A stretch of 64,000 nucleotides of DNA, from the NCBI RefSeq assembly GCF_030384885.1, contig NZ_CP128613.1; one strand, given 5' to 3'. The notes under the pieces are model-generated. The model saw nothing but the letters and a program-made list of their open reading frames with translations. It did no database searches and was not told the DNA's origin. Source of the DNA: Escherichia coli (GTDB taxonomy: Bacteria > Pseudomonadota > Gammaproteobacteria > Enterobacterales > Enterobacteriaceae). The translations under genes and the position numbers were made by a program. Shown here piece after piece: positions 41,194 through 51,333 of this stretch; within the stretch, counting starts at the first letter, position 1, and the number at the start of each line of letters is the position of its first letter.

Positions 41194-41239
41194 TTTCTTA
41201 TTCCTCTTTAAACCTGTCTGAACCGTTAACAACCGCGCA

Positions 41240-41276
41240 ATAAAAAAGCCCCCGGAAGGTGATCTTCCGGGGGCTT
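41240..41276 (-). terminator. his attenuator (rho-independent terminator between hisL and hisG)
   Basis: On - strand: gcccccggaagatcaccttccgggggc followed by ttttttatt. Confidence 0.9.
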
Positions 41277-41338
41277 TCTCATGCGTTCATGCACCACTGG
41301 AAGATCTGAATGTCTTCCAGCACACATCGCCTGAAAGA

Positions 41339-41389
41339 CTAGTCAGGATGATGGTGATGATGGTGGTGTTTAAATTGAACGCGTGTCAT
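41339..41389 (-). CDS. hisL: his operon leader peptide MTRVQFKHHHHHHHPD
   Basis: 16-codon ORF with seven consecutive His codons, read directly from the reverse complement of 41339-41389. Confidence 0.95.
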   Translation of the reverse strand: MTRVQFKHHHHHHHPD

Positions 41390-41610
41390 AAAAGTCTCTG
41401 TGAATGTTTATTCAACTGATGTCTTTTAACCTAAACCACTTTCACGTTAGAAAGCAAGGGCTTTTTTATATATTTTATGGCGATGGATTTGTTTAATGAA
41501 TGAGCGGGGAAAGGAGAGGGCCAGGAGTGGCTACGTTAAAAAAGTAATCGTGAAAATATGTCTTTAAAACCCTCAAGAACATTGTGTTCTGTAACTAAAG
41601 TGGGCTTGGT

Positions 41611-41715
41611 TCCTGCCGGATGCGGCGTGAATGCCTTATCTGGTCTACAAATGTTGCCTAAATTCAATATATTGATGTTTTTGTAGGACTGATAAGCGGA
41701 GCGCATCAGGCAATT
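41611..41715. repeat. BIME: two REP palindromes in the hisL-yeeZ intergenic region
   Basis: gcctgccggatgcggcgtgaatgccttatctggtctac and inverted copy gtaggactgataagcggagcgcatcaggc. Confidence 0.75.
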
Positions 41716-41815
41716 GTATATTTGCTAACAGTTTCGATTTCATTCATAGAATGAATTGTCAGTTTTGATACGCTAGCGTAGCCTTATAGATCTAAGGTGT
41801 ATCAGGAGATAACGG

Positions 41816-42640
41816 ATGAAAAAGGTCGCAATTGTCGGGTTAGGGTGGTTAGGCATGCCGCTGGCGATGTCACTTTCAGCGCGAGGCTGGCAAGTCACCG
41901 GGAGTAAAACCACACAAGATGGCGTCGAAGCGGCCCGAATGAGTGGCATTGATAGTTATCTGCTTCGTATGGAACCTGAGTTAGTTTGCGATTCTGACGA
42001 TCTGGATGCCCTGATGGATGCTGATGCGCTGGTCATCACGCTTCCGGCACGTCGTAGCGGCCCCGGCGATGAGTTCTATTTACAAGCGGTACAAGAGTTA
42101 GTGGATAGTGCGCTGGCTCATCATATTCCCCGCATTATTTTTACCAGCTCAACGTCTGTCTATGGCGACGCACAAGGCACCGTTAAAGAAACCACCCCGC
42201 GTAATCCGGTGACCAACAGTGGACGAGTATTAAAAGAACTTGAAGACTGGCTGCACAATTTACCCGGTACTTCAGTCGATATTCTGCGTCTTGCGGGCCT
42301 GGTCGGGCCGGAACGTCATCCTGGTCGCTTTTTTGCCGGAAAAACCGCACCTGATGGTGAACATGGTGTCAATTTAGTCCATTTAGAAGATGTTATTGGC
42401 GCTATCACCCTGTTGTTACAGGCACCTAAAGGCGGACACATCTATAATATATGTGCGCCAGCTCACCCTGCGCGTAATGTTTTCTATCCGCAAATGGCCC
42501 GTTTACTGGGGCTTGAACCTCCGCAGTTCAGAAATAGTCTGGACAGCGGCAAAGGTAAGATTATTGATGGCAGCCGGATTTGTAATGAACTGGGATTTGA
42601 ATACCAGTATCCCGATCCGCTGGTAATGCCGCTGGAGTAA
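41816..42640 (+). CDS. yeeZ: NAD(P)-binding epimerase/dehydratase-family protein YeeZ, 274 aa
   Basis: N-terminal VAIVGLGWLG Rossmann-like motif; size and synteny. Confidence 0.85.
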   Translation: MKKVAIVGLGWLGMPLAMSLSARGWQVTGSKTTQDGVEAARMSGIDSYLLRMEPELVCDSDDLDALMDADALVITLPARRSGPGDEFYLQAVQELVDSALAHHIPRIIFTSSTSVYGDAQGTVKETTPRNPVTNSGRVLKELEDWLHNLPGTSVDILRLAGLVGPERHPGRFFAGKTAPDGEHGVNLVHLEDVIGAITLLLQAPKGGHIYNICAPAHPARNVFYPQMARLLGLEPPQFRNSLDSGKGKIIDGSRICNELGFEYQYPDPLVMPLE

Positions 42641-42685
42641 ACGATCACGCCAGCAGGACGCCGCATGCACTGCAAGGGGGCGTGT

Positions 42686-43615
42686 ATGAAACCACTGCTG
42701 GATGTATTGATGATCCTCGATGCCTTAGAAAAAGAAGGCAGTTTTGCGGCGGCGTCGGCCAAACTCTATAAGACGCCGTCCGCACTGAGTTACACCGTTC
42801 ACAAGCTGGAAAGCGACCTTAACATTCAATTGCTTGATCGTAGCGGTCACCGCGCAAAATTCACCCGCACCGGAAAAATGTTATTAGAGAAGGGGCGGGA
42901 AGTTCTGCATACCGTGCGAGAACTGGAAAAGCAGGCGATAAAACTGCATGAAGGCTGGGAAAACGAGCTGGTGATTGGCGTGGACGACACCTTCCCTTTT
43001 TCTCTTCTCGCGCCACTCATTGAAGCTTTTTATCAACATCATAGCGTGACGCGCCTGAAGTTTATCAATGGCGTGCTCGGTGGTTCCTGGGATGCCCTGA
43101 CTCAGGGACGAGCGGATATTATTGTTGGTGCGATGCATGAGCCACCATCTTCCAGTGAGTTTGGTTTTTCACGGTTGGGCGATCTTGAACAAGTCTTTGC
43201 GGTCGCGCCCCATCATCCGTTAGCCCAGGAAGAAGAACCGTTAAACCGTCGTATCATTAAGCGATATCGGGCGATTGTGGTAGGGGATACTGCGCAGGCA
43301 GGCGCTTCTACGGCCTCGCAACTTCTCGACGAACAAGAAGCCATTACCGTTTTCGATTTTAAAACCAAGCTGGAGCTGCAAATTAGCGGCCTTGGCTGCG
43401 GCTATTTACCCCGTTATCTGGCGCAACGTTTTCTCGATAGTGGCGCGTTAATCGAGAAGAAAGTGGTCGCCCAAACTCTCTTTGAACCTGTCTGGATTGG
43501 CTGGAACGAACAGACCGCAGGACTTGCCAGCGCCTGGTGGCGAGACGAGATTTTAGCAAATAGTGCGATCGCCGGTGTTTATACAAAATCTGATGACGGA
43601 AAATCAGCCATTTAA
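42686..43615 (+). CDS. yeeY: LysR-family transcriptional regulator YeeY, 309 aa
   Basis: N-terminal HTH (SFAAASAKLYKTPSALSYTVHKLE); start set to MKPLLDVL at 42686. Confidence 0.85.
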   Translation: MKPLLDVLMILDALEKEGSFAAASAKLYKTPSALSYTVHKLESDLNIQLLDRSGHRAKFTRTGKMLLEKGREVLHTVRELEKQAIKLHEGWENELVIGVDDTFPFSLLAPLIEAFYQHHSVTRLKFINGVLGGSWDALTQGRADIIVGAMHEPPSSSEFGFSRLGDLEQVFAVAPHHPLAQEEEPLNRRIIKRYRAIVVGDTAQAGASTASQLLDEQEAITVFDFKTKLELQISGLGCGYLPRYLAQRFLDSGALIEKKVVAQTLFEPVWIGWNEQTAGLASAWWRDEILANSAIAGVYTKSDDGKSAI

Positions 43616-43700
43616 AGAAAAATTATTATGACAAGCCTCTCATTCTCTTGTCATTTCCCCCCCATTTAGGCACAATGCGCCGCTGTCAAAAAATGACTAA

Positions 43701-43734
43701 AAACCGACGTTTAATTAGCGTCGGTTATTTTTTG
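43701..43734 (+). terminator. Rho-independent terminator after yeeY
   Basis: aaccgacgtttaattagcgtcggtt followed by attttttg. Confidence 0.7.
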
Positions 43735-43881
43735 CTTCAAACCAATCATTCATACCAAGAGGCCGGGCTTCGTACCGGATAGATATTTACTAAAAATCGA
43801 CAGTTGTTGTCGCTGAGGAATCCAAAAAAATGGGGCAATTTTTTGCTTACGCGACGGTTATTACCGTAAAGGAGAATGACC

Positions 43882-45240
43882 ATGTCGCATAACGTTACTC
43901 CAAACACCTCTCGCGTGGAATTGCGTAAAACGCTTACGTTAGTTCCGGTTGTAATGATGGGTCTTGCCTATATGCAGCCGATGACGCTGTTTGATACATT
44001 TGGTATCGTTTCAGGCCTCACGGATGGTCATGTGCCGACAGCCTATGCGTTCGCATTGATTGCGATCCTGTTTACGGCTCTGAGCTACGGGAAGCTGGTT
44101 CGCCGCTATCCTTCTGCTGGCTCTGCATACACTTACGCCCAGAAATCCATTAGCCCGACCGTCGGCTTTATGGTGGGTTGGTCTTCTCTGCTCGACTATC
44201 TGTTCGCGCCGATGATCAACATTCTGCTGGCGAAAATCTATTTTGAAGCTCTGGTGCCTTCCATTCCATCGTGGATGTTTGTGGTGGCGCTGGTGGCCTT
44301 TATGACCGCCTTTAACCTGCGTAGTCTGAAATCCGTAGCGAACTTCAACACCGTCATCGTGGTGTTGCAGGTAGTGCTGATCGCGGTAATTCTGGGCATG
44401 GTAGTTTACGGCGTATTTGAAGGTGAAGGCGCTGGTACGCTGGCGAGCACTCGTCCGTTCTGGTCTGGTGATGCACATGTCATTCCGATGATCACTGGTG
44501 CGACGATTCTGTGCTTCTCCTTTACCGGCTTTGACGGCATCAGCAACTTGTCGGAAGAAACCAAAGATGCAGAGCGCGTGATCCCGCGTGCAATTTTCCT
44601 GACCGCGCTTATCGGTGGCATGATCTTCATCTTTGCAACTTACTTCCTGCAACTGTACTTCCCGGATATCTCTCGCTTTAAAGATCCGGATGCGTCACAG
44701 CCTGAAATCATGCTGTATGTTGCGGGTAAAGCGTTCCAGGTCGGCGCGCTGATCTTCTCCACCATTACCGTACTGGCGTCCGGTATGGCGGCGCACGCAG
44801 GCGTAGCGCGTCTGATGTACGTAATGGGTCGTGACGGCGTGTTCCCGAAAAGCTTCTTCGGTTATGTGCACCCGAAATGGCGTACTCCGGCAATGAACAT
44901 CATCCTGGTTGGCGCGATTGCCCTGCTGGCAATCAACTTTGACCTGGTAATGGCTACGGCGCTGATTAACTTTGGTGCGCTGGTGGCGTTCACCTTCGTT
45001 AACCTGTCGGTTATCTCGCAGTTCTGGATCCGTGAGAAGCGTAACAAGACGTTGAAAGATCACTTCCAGTATCTGTTCCTGCCGATGTGTGGTGCGCTGA
45101 CCGTTGGTGCGCTGTGGGTTAACCTGGAAGAAAGCTCAATGGTTCTGGGTTTGATCTGGGCGGCAATCGGTCTGATTTACTTGGCTTGTGTCACCAAGAG
45201 CTTCCGTAACCCGGTTCCGCAGTACGAAGACGTTGCATAA
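43882..45240 (+). CDS. plaP: Putrescine importer PlaP (APC family), 452 aa
   Basis: 12-TM amino acid/polyamine permease; start [11 protein letters not shown] with RBS aaggag 7 nt upstream. Confidence 0.9.
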   Translation: MSHNVTPNTSRVELRKTLTLVPVVMMGLAYMQPMTLFDTFGIVSGLTDGHVPTAYAFALIAILFTALSYGKLVRRYPSAGSAYTYAQKSISPTVGFMVGWSSLLDYLFAPMINILLAKIYFEALVPSIPSWMFVVALVAFMTAFNLRSLKSVANFNTVIVVLQVVLIAVILGMVVYGVFEGEGAGTLASTRPFWSGDAHVIPMITGATILCFSFTGFDGISNLSEETKDAERVIPRAIFLTALIGGMIFIFATYFLQLYFPDISRFKDPDASQPEIMLYVAGKAFQVGALIFSTITVLASGMAAHAGVARLMYVMGRDGVFPKSFFGYVHPKWRTPAMNIILVGAIALLAINFDLVMATALINFGALVAFTFVNLSVISQFWIREKRNKTLKDHFQYLFLPMCGALTVGALWVNLEESSMVLGLIWAAIGLIYLACVTKSFRNPVPQYEDVA

Positions 45241-45278
45241 TCTTACAAGCCGGATGACATAATCATCCGGTAAATCTC

Positions 45279-45310
45279 AAAAAGCCGGAGTTTGTCGCTC
45301 CGGCTTTTTT
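45279..45310. terminator. Bidirectional rho-independent terminator between convergent plaP and sbcB
   Basis: aaaaagccggagtttgtcgctccggctttttt (perfect 7-bp stem flanked by A5 and T6). Confidence 0.85.
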
Positions 45311-45313
45311 GTT

Positions 45314-46741
45314 TCAGACGATCTCTTCCGCGTACTGCCAAAGCGCTTTTAACAGCGCCACTTTCTCTTTGTCATCGGCATATTGTTGTGCCAGCATCTG
45401 CAATTCATCAGCATAGCCCTGCAAAAACTCTGGCGTGAAAACCTGGCGGCGGTGCTCCAGCCAGCGTTGCTGCTCGGCATAATCCAGCGTCCCCGGGAAG
45501 TTGCGCGCCCGATAATTGAACAACAGCTTTTCAATCCGTTTATCAACAAAAGTGATATCCAGTGCCGGTAAATTACGCGGCTCGGTTTCCAGCACAATTT
45601 TCATTGCTGCACGATCGGCGTCACTGAAAAAGCCATTATAAAGCTGTGCATCCACGTTATCTGAAGGCGTAAACGGTTCGGCTTCGGCGAATATCGCCAC
45701 CACTTTTTCACGCACTTGCGGATTTTCACGCAGAATTTTCAGGTTATCGAGGCAATGCTGACGATTAATTCCCAGTCGGTCGGCATCTTCCGGGCGTAGC
45801 GTATTCGCCTGGGCCAGCACCGGACATTTATTGATATGCACCAGTTTAACCGGAACGGCGGCGTTATCGCCAAGATCGGCTTTTGCGGTATATAAACGCT
45901 CGCGCAATGTGTCGCTATCCAGCTCCAGTAATGGCGAAATGTCTCCTGCCAAATCCACCATAATTACGGCATTGCGATTTTCAGGATGCCACGCCAGCGG
46001 TGCCACCCAGCTGGTATTGCCACGCCATGCCCCAAACATTCCGGAAACGTGAACCAGGGGTTTCATCTGCGGAACATCAATCAACGCCATCAGTTTGTGT
46101 TTATTACGATGGGTAAAGAGATAATCAAACAGGCGTGGCTGACGCGTTTTTACCAGTTTCGCCATCGCAATAGTGGCGTACACATCAGCCATCGCATCGT
46201 GGGCGTTGCTATGTTCAATACCATTCGCTTTGGTTAAATGCTCAAGGCGAAAGCTCGGTAGACCGTCATCATTTTCAGGCCAGTTTATTCCTTCCGGGCG
46301 CAGGGCATAACAGGCACGCATAACATCCAGTAAATCCCAGCGCGAGTTATCATGCTGCCAGCTCCAGGCGTAAGGATCGTAGAAATTACGATAAAAAACG
46401 TTGCGTGTGACTTCGTCGTCGAAACGCACATTGTTGTAGCCCAGAATACAGGTCTTCGGTACGGTAAAAAGCGAGTGAATACGGGCGGCAAACGCGGCTT
46501 CGTTTTCTCCTTTCGCCCGTGCCTCCTGCGGGGTAATACCGGTAATTAATACTGCTTCAGGCTGGGGTAAATAGTCATCCGCGGGCTTGCAGTAAAAGAC
46601 TTCGGGTTCGCCGATGACATTGAATTCGTTATCAGTGCGAATGGCTGCGAACTGTGCAGGGCGATCTAACGCGGGGTGCGTTCCAAAGGTTTCGTAATCG
46701 TGAAACAAAAAGGTAGATTGTTGCTTACCGTCATTCATCAT
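45314..46741 (-). CDS. sbcB: Exodeoxyribonuclease I, 475 aa
   Basis: DnaQ-like exonuclease N-terminus FLFHDYETFGTHPALDRPAQFAAIRTD; start set to MMNDGKQQ. Confidence 0.95.
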   Translation of the reverse strand: MMNDGKQQSTFLFHDYETFGTHPALDRPAQFAAIRTDNEFNVIGEPEVFYCKPADDYLPQPEAVLITGITPQEARAKGENEAAFAARIHSLFTVPKTCILGYNNVRFDDEVTRNVFYRNFYDPYAWSWQHDNSRWDLLDVMRACYALRPEGINWPENDDGLPSFRLEHLTKANGIEHSNAHDAMADVYATIAMAKLVKTRQPRLFDYLFTHRNKHKLMALIDVPQMKPLVHVSGMFGAWRGNTSWVAPLAWHPENRNAVIMVDLAGDISPLLELDSDTLRERLYTAKADLGDNAAVPVKLVHINKCPVLAQANTLRPEDADRLGINRQHCLDNLKILRENPQVREKVVAIFAEAEPFTPSDNVDAQLYNGFFSDADRAAMKIVLETEPRNLPALDITFVDKRIEKLLFNYRARNFPGTLDYAEQQRWLEHRRQVFTPEFLQGYADELQMLAQQYADDKEKVALLKALWQYAEEIV

Positions 46742-46949
46742 TAGGTTAAATCCGTTATTTCTGCTGTCTGCCAGAGTATCAAATATCACCGTGCTAATCA
46801 GCTTTAGCGCGACAATTTGGCAGCGAGTGGCAACAGATCATGTCAGATAAAAATGAGATAGTAGTCACATTTTCTTGCACTTTATTCCAGCCAGTTCATA
46901 AGTATTTCCGTAAAAAGAACAGCTATTTGAAACACCTGAGGGTTTGCTG

Positions 46950-48116
46950 TTGAAACGCCGTCTTATTATTGCTGCTTCTTTGTTCGTTTTTAATTTATCG
47001 TCTGGTTTTGCGGCGGAAAACATTCCTTTTTCACCTCAGCCTCCAGAGATTCATGCCGGGTCCTGGGTATTGATGGATTACACCACCGGTCAGATTCTCA
47101 CCGCGGGTAATGAGCATCAACAGCGCAATCCCGCCAGCCTGACAAAGCTGATGACGGGCTATGTTGTGGATCGCGCTATCGATAGTCATCGCATTACGCC
47201 AGACGATATTGTCACCGTGGGGCGTGATGCGTGGGCGAAAGATAATCCGGTGTTTGTCGGTTCTTCACTGATGTTTTTGAAAGAGGGCGATCGCGTATCG
47301 GTACGTGATTTAAGCCGTGGTTTAATTGTGGATTCCGGAAATGACGCTTGTGTTGCACTGGCTGACTATATTGCCGGTGGGCAACGGCAGTTTGTTGAAA
47401 TGATGAACAACTATGCCGAGAAGCTGCATCTCAAGGATACGCATTTTGAAACAGTGCATGGTCTGGATGCACCTGGCCAGCATAGCTCGGCTTATGATTT
47501 AGCTGTGCTTTCTCGCGCTATCATCCACGGCGAGCCCGAGTTTTATCATATGTACAGTGAGAAAAGCCTCACCTGGAACGGTATCACCCAGCAAAACCGT
47601 AACGGGTTATTGTGGGATAAAACCATGAATGTTGACGGCCTGAAAACGGGTCATACTTCTGGTGCCGGGTTTAATCTCATTGCTTCGGCTGTAGACGGGC
47701 AGCGTCGCCTCATTGCAGTGGTAATGGGTGCTGACAGCGCAAAAGGTCGTGAGGACGAGGCAAGAAAATTACTGCGTTGGGGGCAACAAAACTTTACTAC
47801 GGTGCAAATTTTGCACCGTGGGAAAAAGGTCGGGACGGAACGTATCTGGTATGGCGATAAAGAAAATATCGCCCTGGGAACGGAACAAGAGTTCTGGATG
47901 GTGCTACCTAAAGCCGAAATTCCACATATCAAAGCCAAATATACCCTTGATGGTAAAGAACTCACCGCGCCAATTAGCGCCCATCAGCGGGTAGGGGAAA
48001 TTGAACTTTACGACCGTGATAAACAGGTGGCGCACTGGCCGCTGGTTACCCTGGAATCTGTCGGGGAAGGCAGCATGTTTTCCCGCCTGAGTGATTATTT
48101 CCACCATAAGGCCTGA
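46950..48116 (+). CDS. dacD: D-alanyl-D-alanine carboxypeptidase DacD (PBP6b), 388 aa
   Basis: SxxK motif (SLTKLM), SGN, KTG motifs; apparent TTG start. Confidence 0.9.
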   Translation: MKRRLIIAASLFVFNLSSGFAAENIPFSPQPPEIHAGSWVLMDYTTGQILTAGNEHQQRNPASLTKLMTGYVVDRAIDSHRITPDDIVTVGRDAWAKDNPVFVGSSLMFLKEGDRVSVRDLSRGLIVDSGNDACVALADYIAGGQRQFVEMMNNYAEKLHLKDTHFETVHGLDAPGQHSSAYDLAVLSRAIIHGEPEFYHMYSEKSLTWNGITQQNRNGLLWDKTMNVDGLKTGHTSGAGFNLIASAVDGQRRLIAVVMGADSAKGREDEARKLLRWGQQNFTTVQILHRGKKVGTERIWYGDKENIALGTEQEFWMVLPKAEIPHIKAKYTLDGKELTAPISAHQRVGEIELYDRDKQVAHWPLVTLESVGEGSMFSRLSDYFHHKA

Positions 48117-48234
48117 CCTTTCTTTTGCAGCAGACTGGCAGGAGTGCGAGTCTGCTCGCATAATCAACACTCATTCCTTGTGGTTTTAATATTGCAACTA
48201 TACTGTATATAAAAACAGTATTGGTGGAGGTGTC

Positions 48235-48708
48235 ATGAACTACGAGATTAAGCAGGAAGATAAACGTACCGTTGCAGGTTTCCATCTTGTTGGCCCGTGG
48301 GAGCAGACGGTAAAGAAAGGTTTTGAGCAGTTGATGATGTGGGTAGATAGCAAAAATATCGTGCCGAAGGAGTGGGTTGCTGTCTATTACGACAATCCAG
48401 ATGAAACACCCGCCGAAAAATTACGCTGCGACACCGTCGTGACGGTACCGAATAACTTTACGCTCCCCGAAAACAGTGAGGGCGTCATTCTGACAGAAAT
48501 TTCAGGTGGTCAGTATGCGGTGGCGGTGGCGCGTGTAGTCGGTGATGATTTTGCTAAACCCTGGTATCAGTTCATTAATAGCCTCTTGCAGGACAGTGCT
48601 TATGAAATGTTACCAAAGCCCTGCTTTGAGGTTTATTTGAACAATGGCGCGGAAGAGGGGTACTGGGATATCGAAATGTATGTTGCGGTGCAGCCAAAAC
48701 ATCACTAA
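48235..48708 (+). CDS. sbmC: DNA gyrase inhibitor SbmC/GyrI, 157 aa
   Basis: Size, synteny, GyrI-like fold sequence. Confidence 0.9.
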   Translation: MNYEIKQEDKRTVAGFHLVGPWEQTVKKGFEQLMMWVDSKNIVPKEWVAVYYDNPDETPAEKLRCDTVVTVPNNFTLPENSEGVILTEISGGQYAVAVARVVGDDFAKPWYQFINSLLQDSAYEMLPKPCFEVYLNNGAEEGYWDIEMYVAVQPKHH

Positions 48709-48905
48709 TTCATCTCAGGGCGGTGTGTAACGCGATGACCACTCTTTTTTTGAAAGCGAAAAGAGTAAGATGCGCCTTTCAAATTTTTCGCTCCTGCCGG
48801 GAAATTACACTGTTCCCGGTATGTCCGTCGGATAATTCAGAGGCGCGCCTTCTGGCCGACAGATGTGTTATGAGCGCTTTTAATCTTCATTAACGGAGTT
48901 TCTGC

Positions 48906-49964
48906 GTGCGTGCCGATAAGTCATTAAGCCCGTTTGAAATCCGGGTATACCGCCATTACCGCATTGTGCATGGTACTCGGGTCGCGCTGGCATTCCTGCT
49001 CACTTTTCTCATTATCCGCCTGTTTACTATCCCGGAAAGCACCTGGCCGCTGGTCACCATGGTGGTGATTATGGGGCCAATCTCGTTCTGGGGTAACGTT
49101 GTCCCTCGCGCCTTTGAACGTATTGGCGGTACGGTGTTGGGGTCGATTTTAGGTCTTATCGCTCTGCAACTGGAGTTAATCTCGTTACCTCTGATGTTGG
49201 TCTGGTGCGCGGCGGCCATGTTCCTTTGTGGTTGGCTGGCGCTGGGCAAGAAACCGTATCAAGGTTTATTGATTGGGGTGACGCTGGCAATTGTTGTTGG
49301 TTCCCCGACAGGTGAAATTGATACGGCGTTATGGCGAAGCGGCGATGTGATCCTCGGCTCTTTACTGGCAATGTTGTTTACCGGTATCTGGCCACAAAGG
49401 GCGTTCATCCACTGGCGCATTCAACTGGCGAAAAGTCTGACCGAGTATAATCGGGTCTATCAATCTGCATTCTCACCGAACTTACTCGAACGCCCACGTC
49501 TGGAAAGCCATCTACAAAAACTCCTGACCGATGCCGTGAAAATGCGTGGGCTGATTGCGCCCGCCAGCAAAGAAACCCGTATTCCCAAATCGATATATGA
49601 AGGTATCCAGACCATTAATCGCAATCTGGTTTGTATGCTGGAGTTGCAAATCAATGCATACTGGGCCACGCGCCCCAGCCATTTCGTGTTATTGAACGCG
49701 CAAAAACTTCGTGATACCCAGCACATGATGCAGCAAATACTGCTGAGCCTTGTTCATGCGCTGTACGAAGGTAATCCGCAGCCGGTTTTTGCCAATACGG
49801 AAAAATTGAACGATGCTGTGGAAGAGCTGCGTCAGTTGCTCGATAACCACCATGACCTGAAAGTCGTGGAAACACCAATCTATGGTTATGTGTGGCTGAA
49901 CATGGAAACAGCGCATCAGCTTGAATTGCTATCGAATCTGATTTGCCGGGCCTTGCGCAAATAA
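48906..49964 (+). CDS. yeeA: FUSC-family inner membrane protein YeeA, 352 aa
   Basis: Size and synteny; N-terminal TM region. Confidence 0.85.
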   Translation: MRADKSLSPFEIRVYRHYRIVHGTRVALAFLLTFLIIRLFTIPESTWPLVTMVVIMGPISFWGNVVPRAFERIGGTVLGSILGLIALQLELISLPLMLVWCAAAMFLCGWLALGKKPYQGLLIGVTLAIVVGSPTGEIDTALWRSGDVILGSLLAMLFTGIWPQRAFIHWRIQLAKSLTEYNRVYQSAFSPNLLERPRLESHLQKLLTDAVKMRGLIAPASKETRIPKSIYEGIQTINRNLVCMLELQINAYWATRPSHFVLLNAQKLRDTQHMMQQILLSLVHALYEGNPQPVFANTEKLNDAVEELRQLLDNHHDLKVVETPIYGYVWLNMETAHQLELLSNLICRALRK

Positions 49965-50135
49965 TTCCTGAACTTCAGAATCATCTTGCTGCTGCTTCGA
50001 TTCAGCAAGGATAAAGGGTATGATAGTGAAAAGGGATAAAAGCATTGTCATCTGCGGCAGCTATGAGTAATGTTGGCCCTAACGAATAGCGGTTGCTTAA
50101 ACGAATCCGACTCTCACATTATCAGGGGTATAAAA

Positions 50136-50465
50136 ATGGAAACTACCAAGCCTTCATTCCAGGATGTACTGGAATTTGTTCGTCTGTTCCGTCGTAAGAA
50201 CAAACTGCAACGTGAAATTCAGGACGTTGAGAAAAAGATCCGTGACAACCAGAAGCGCGTCCTGCTGCTGGACAACCTGAGTGATTACATCAAGCCGGGG
50301 ATGAGCGTTGAAGCAATCCAGGGCATCATCGCCAGCATGAAAGGTGACTATGAAGATCGCGTTGACGATTACATCATCAAAAATGCCGAGCTCTCCAAAG
50401 AACGCCGCGATATCTCCAAAAAGCTGAAAGCTATGGGCGAAATGAAAAACGGCGAAGCGAAGTAA
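50136..50465 (+). CDS. yeeX: UPF0265/DUF496 protein YeeX, 109 aa
   Basis: Start set to [14 protein letters not shown]; ORF upstream extension lacks RBS. Confidence 0.85.
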   Translation: METTKPSFQDVLEFVRLFRRKNKLQREIQDVEKKIRDNQKRVLLLDNLSDYIKPGMSVEAIQGIIASMKGDYEDRVDDYIIKNAELSKERRDISKKLKAMGEMKNGEAK

Positions 50466-50479
50466 TTCCTGTTTTATTC

Positions 50480-50506
50480 AATGAGGGTTGCCCGGTAACC
50501 CTCATT
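50480..50506 (+). terminator. Hairpin terminator after yeeX
   Basis: aatgagggttgcccggtaaccctcatt (10-bp perfect stem) followed by T-rich tract. Confidence 0.65.
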
Positions 50507-50565
50507 GCTCATTGTTTCTTTTCTGTGTATCACCGTCATCACTCCCATCTGATAACCTATTGAAA

Positions 50566-50841
50566 TTAGCGACAGCCTTCTTCTGTATGCAGCAAGGCAA
50601 AAAGTTCTGTAACTCCATTGTTATTAACCGCACTGGTTACTAACACGTTGTGCGCTCCAGCTTCCCGTAACCAACATTTCACCAAAGATATTTGTTCCAT
50701 ACTGGCTAAATCTGCTTTGGTTACTACTCCAATGACCGGGCGATTCATTGACGAGGTAAAGCCTGGCGAAAAAGGTGACCACGGTGCGTCCGCATTAAGT
50801 ACCAGCGCGATAATGTCTGCTTCGCAGGCACTGACCAACAA
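50566..50841 (-). pseudogene. yoeF: C-terminal fragment of an EutP/PduV-family GTPase (yoeF-like remnant)
   Basis: 91-aa ORF resembling the C-terminal half of EutP/PduV (…[12 protein letters not shown]…); no P-loop N-terminus present. Confidence 0.5.
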
Positions 50842-51200
50842 TGCACTGTAAAGGCGGCGATTTTATTGGTGAGGACTGGCAGCAAGATTTCCAGCCTCTT
50901 AACGGTGGGCCTGTGCAATCGTTATCAGATGCGTATAGCGATTATTCAGTGCTGCTATTGATAGCAGCTGAAAGCGAGATATCCGTTCCAGAATGGTTCC
51001 CTCATTCTGAGGGAACGACGGTAATTTTGATTGCAGAACACAATGCCCGTTTGCTGAATGGTCCGGCTGGTGGGGCTGTAGCATTAATCCATTATTTGAA
51101 TGAAATCTGTCATGCCAGAGAAACCGCTGTCAATGACGCATTTTGTCGGACGTTAACACGAGGAAGTCTGGCTATTCCGCAATGCCATCTTCTTTCGTAA
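50841..51200 (+). pseudogene. Possible 3' remnant of cbiP (cobyric acid synthase) immediately upstream of cobU
   Basis: 119-aa ORF co-directional with and directly upstream of cobU, where cbiP sits in Salmonella; identity not verified. Confidence 0.25.
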
Positions 51201-51333
51201 TGGATTGAGAATGCTGGATTTTTAATTATATTACGCGCAGTATTAATCGCGTAAATGTTTTGCGGTCAGCAACGGTGGGGGATCCATTGTTCTGTTCAAT
51301 GAATACCATCATACAATTGAATCAGGAGTCGGT

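Noticed and set aside
40294-41232. N-terminal extension of hisG ([13 protein letters not shown]…)
   Set aside because: The extension reads through the attenuator hairpin; the real start is the ATG giving [12 protein letters not shown].
42665-42685. Upstream extensions of yeeY, plaP, galF, cpsG, sbcB, yeeX, nac and cobS in the ORF track
   Set aside because: In each case a downstream in-frame ATG has a better-placed RBS and gives the expected protein length; the extensions are ORF-finder artefacts.
43657-43663. C7 homopolymer in the yeeY-plaP intergenic region as a phase-variation tract
   Set aside because: It lies upstream of the plaP promoter region rather than inside a coding sequence or a -35/-10 spacer; too short and poorly placed to argue for phase variation.
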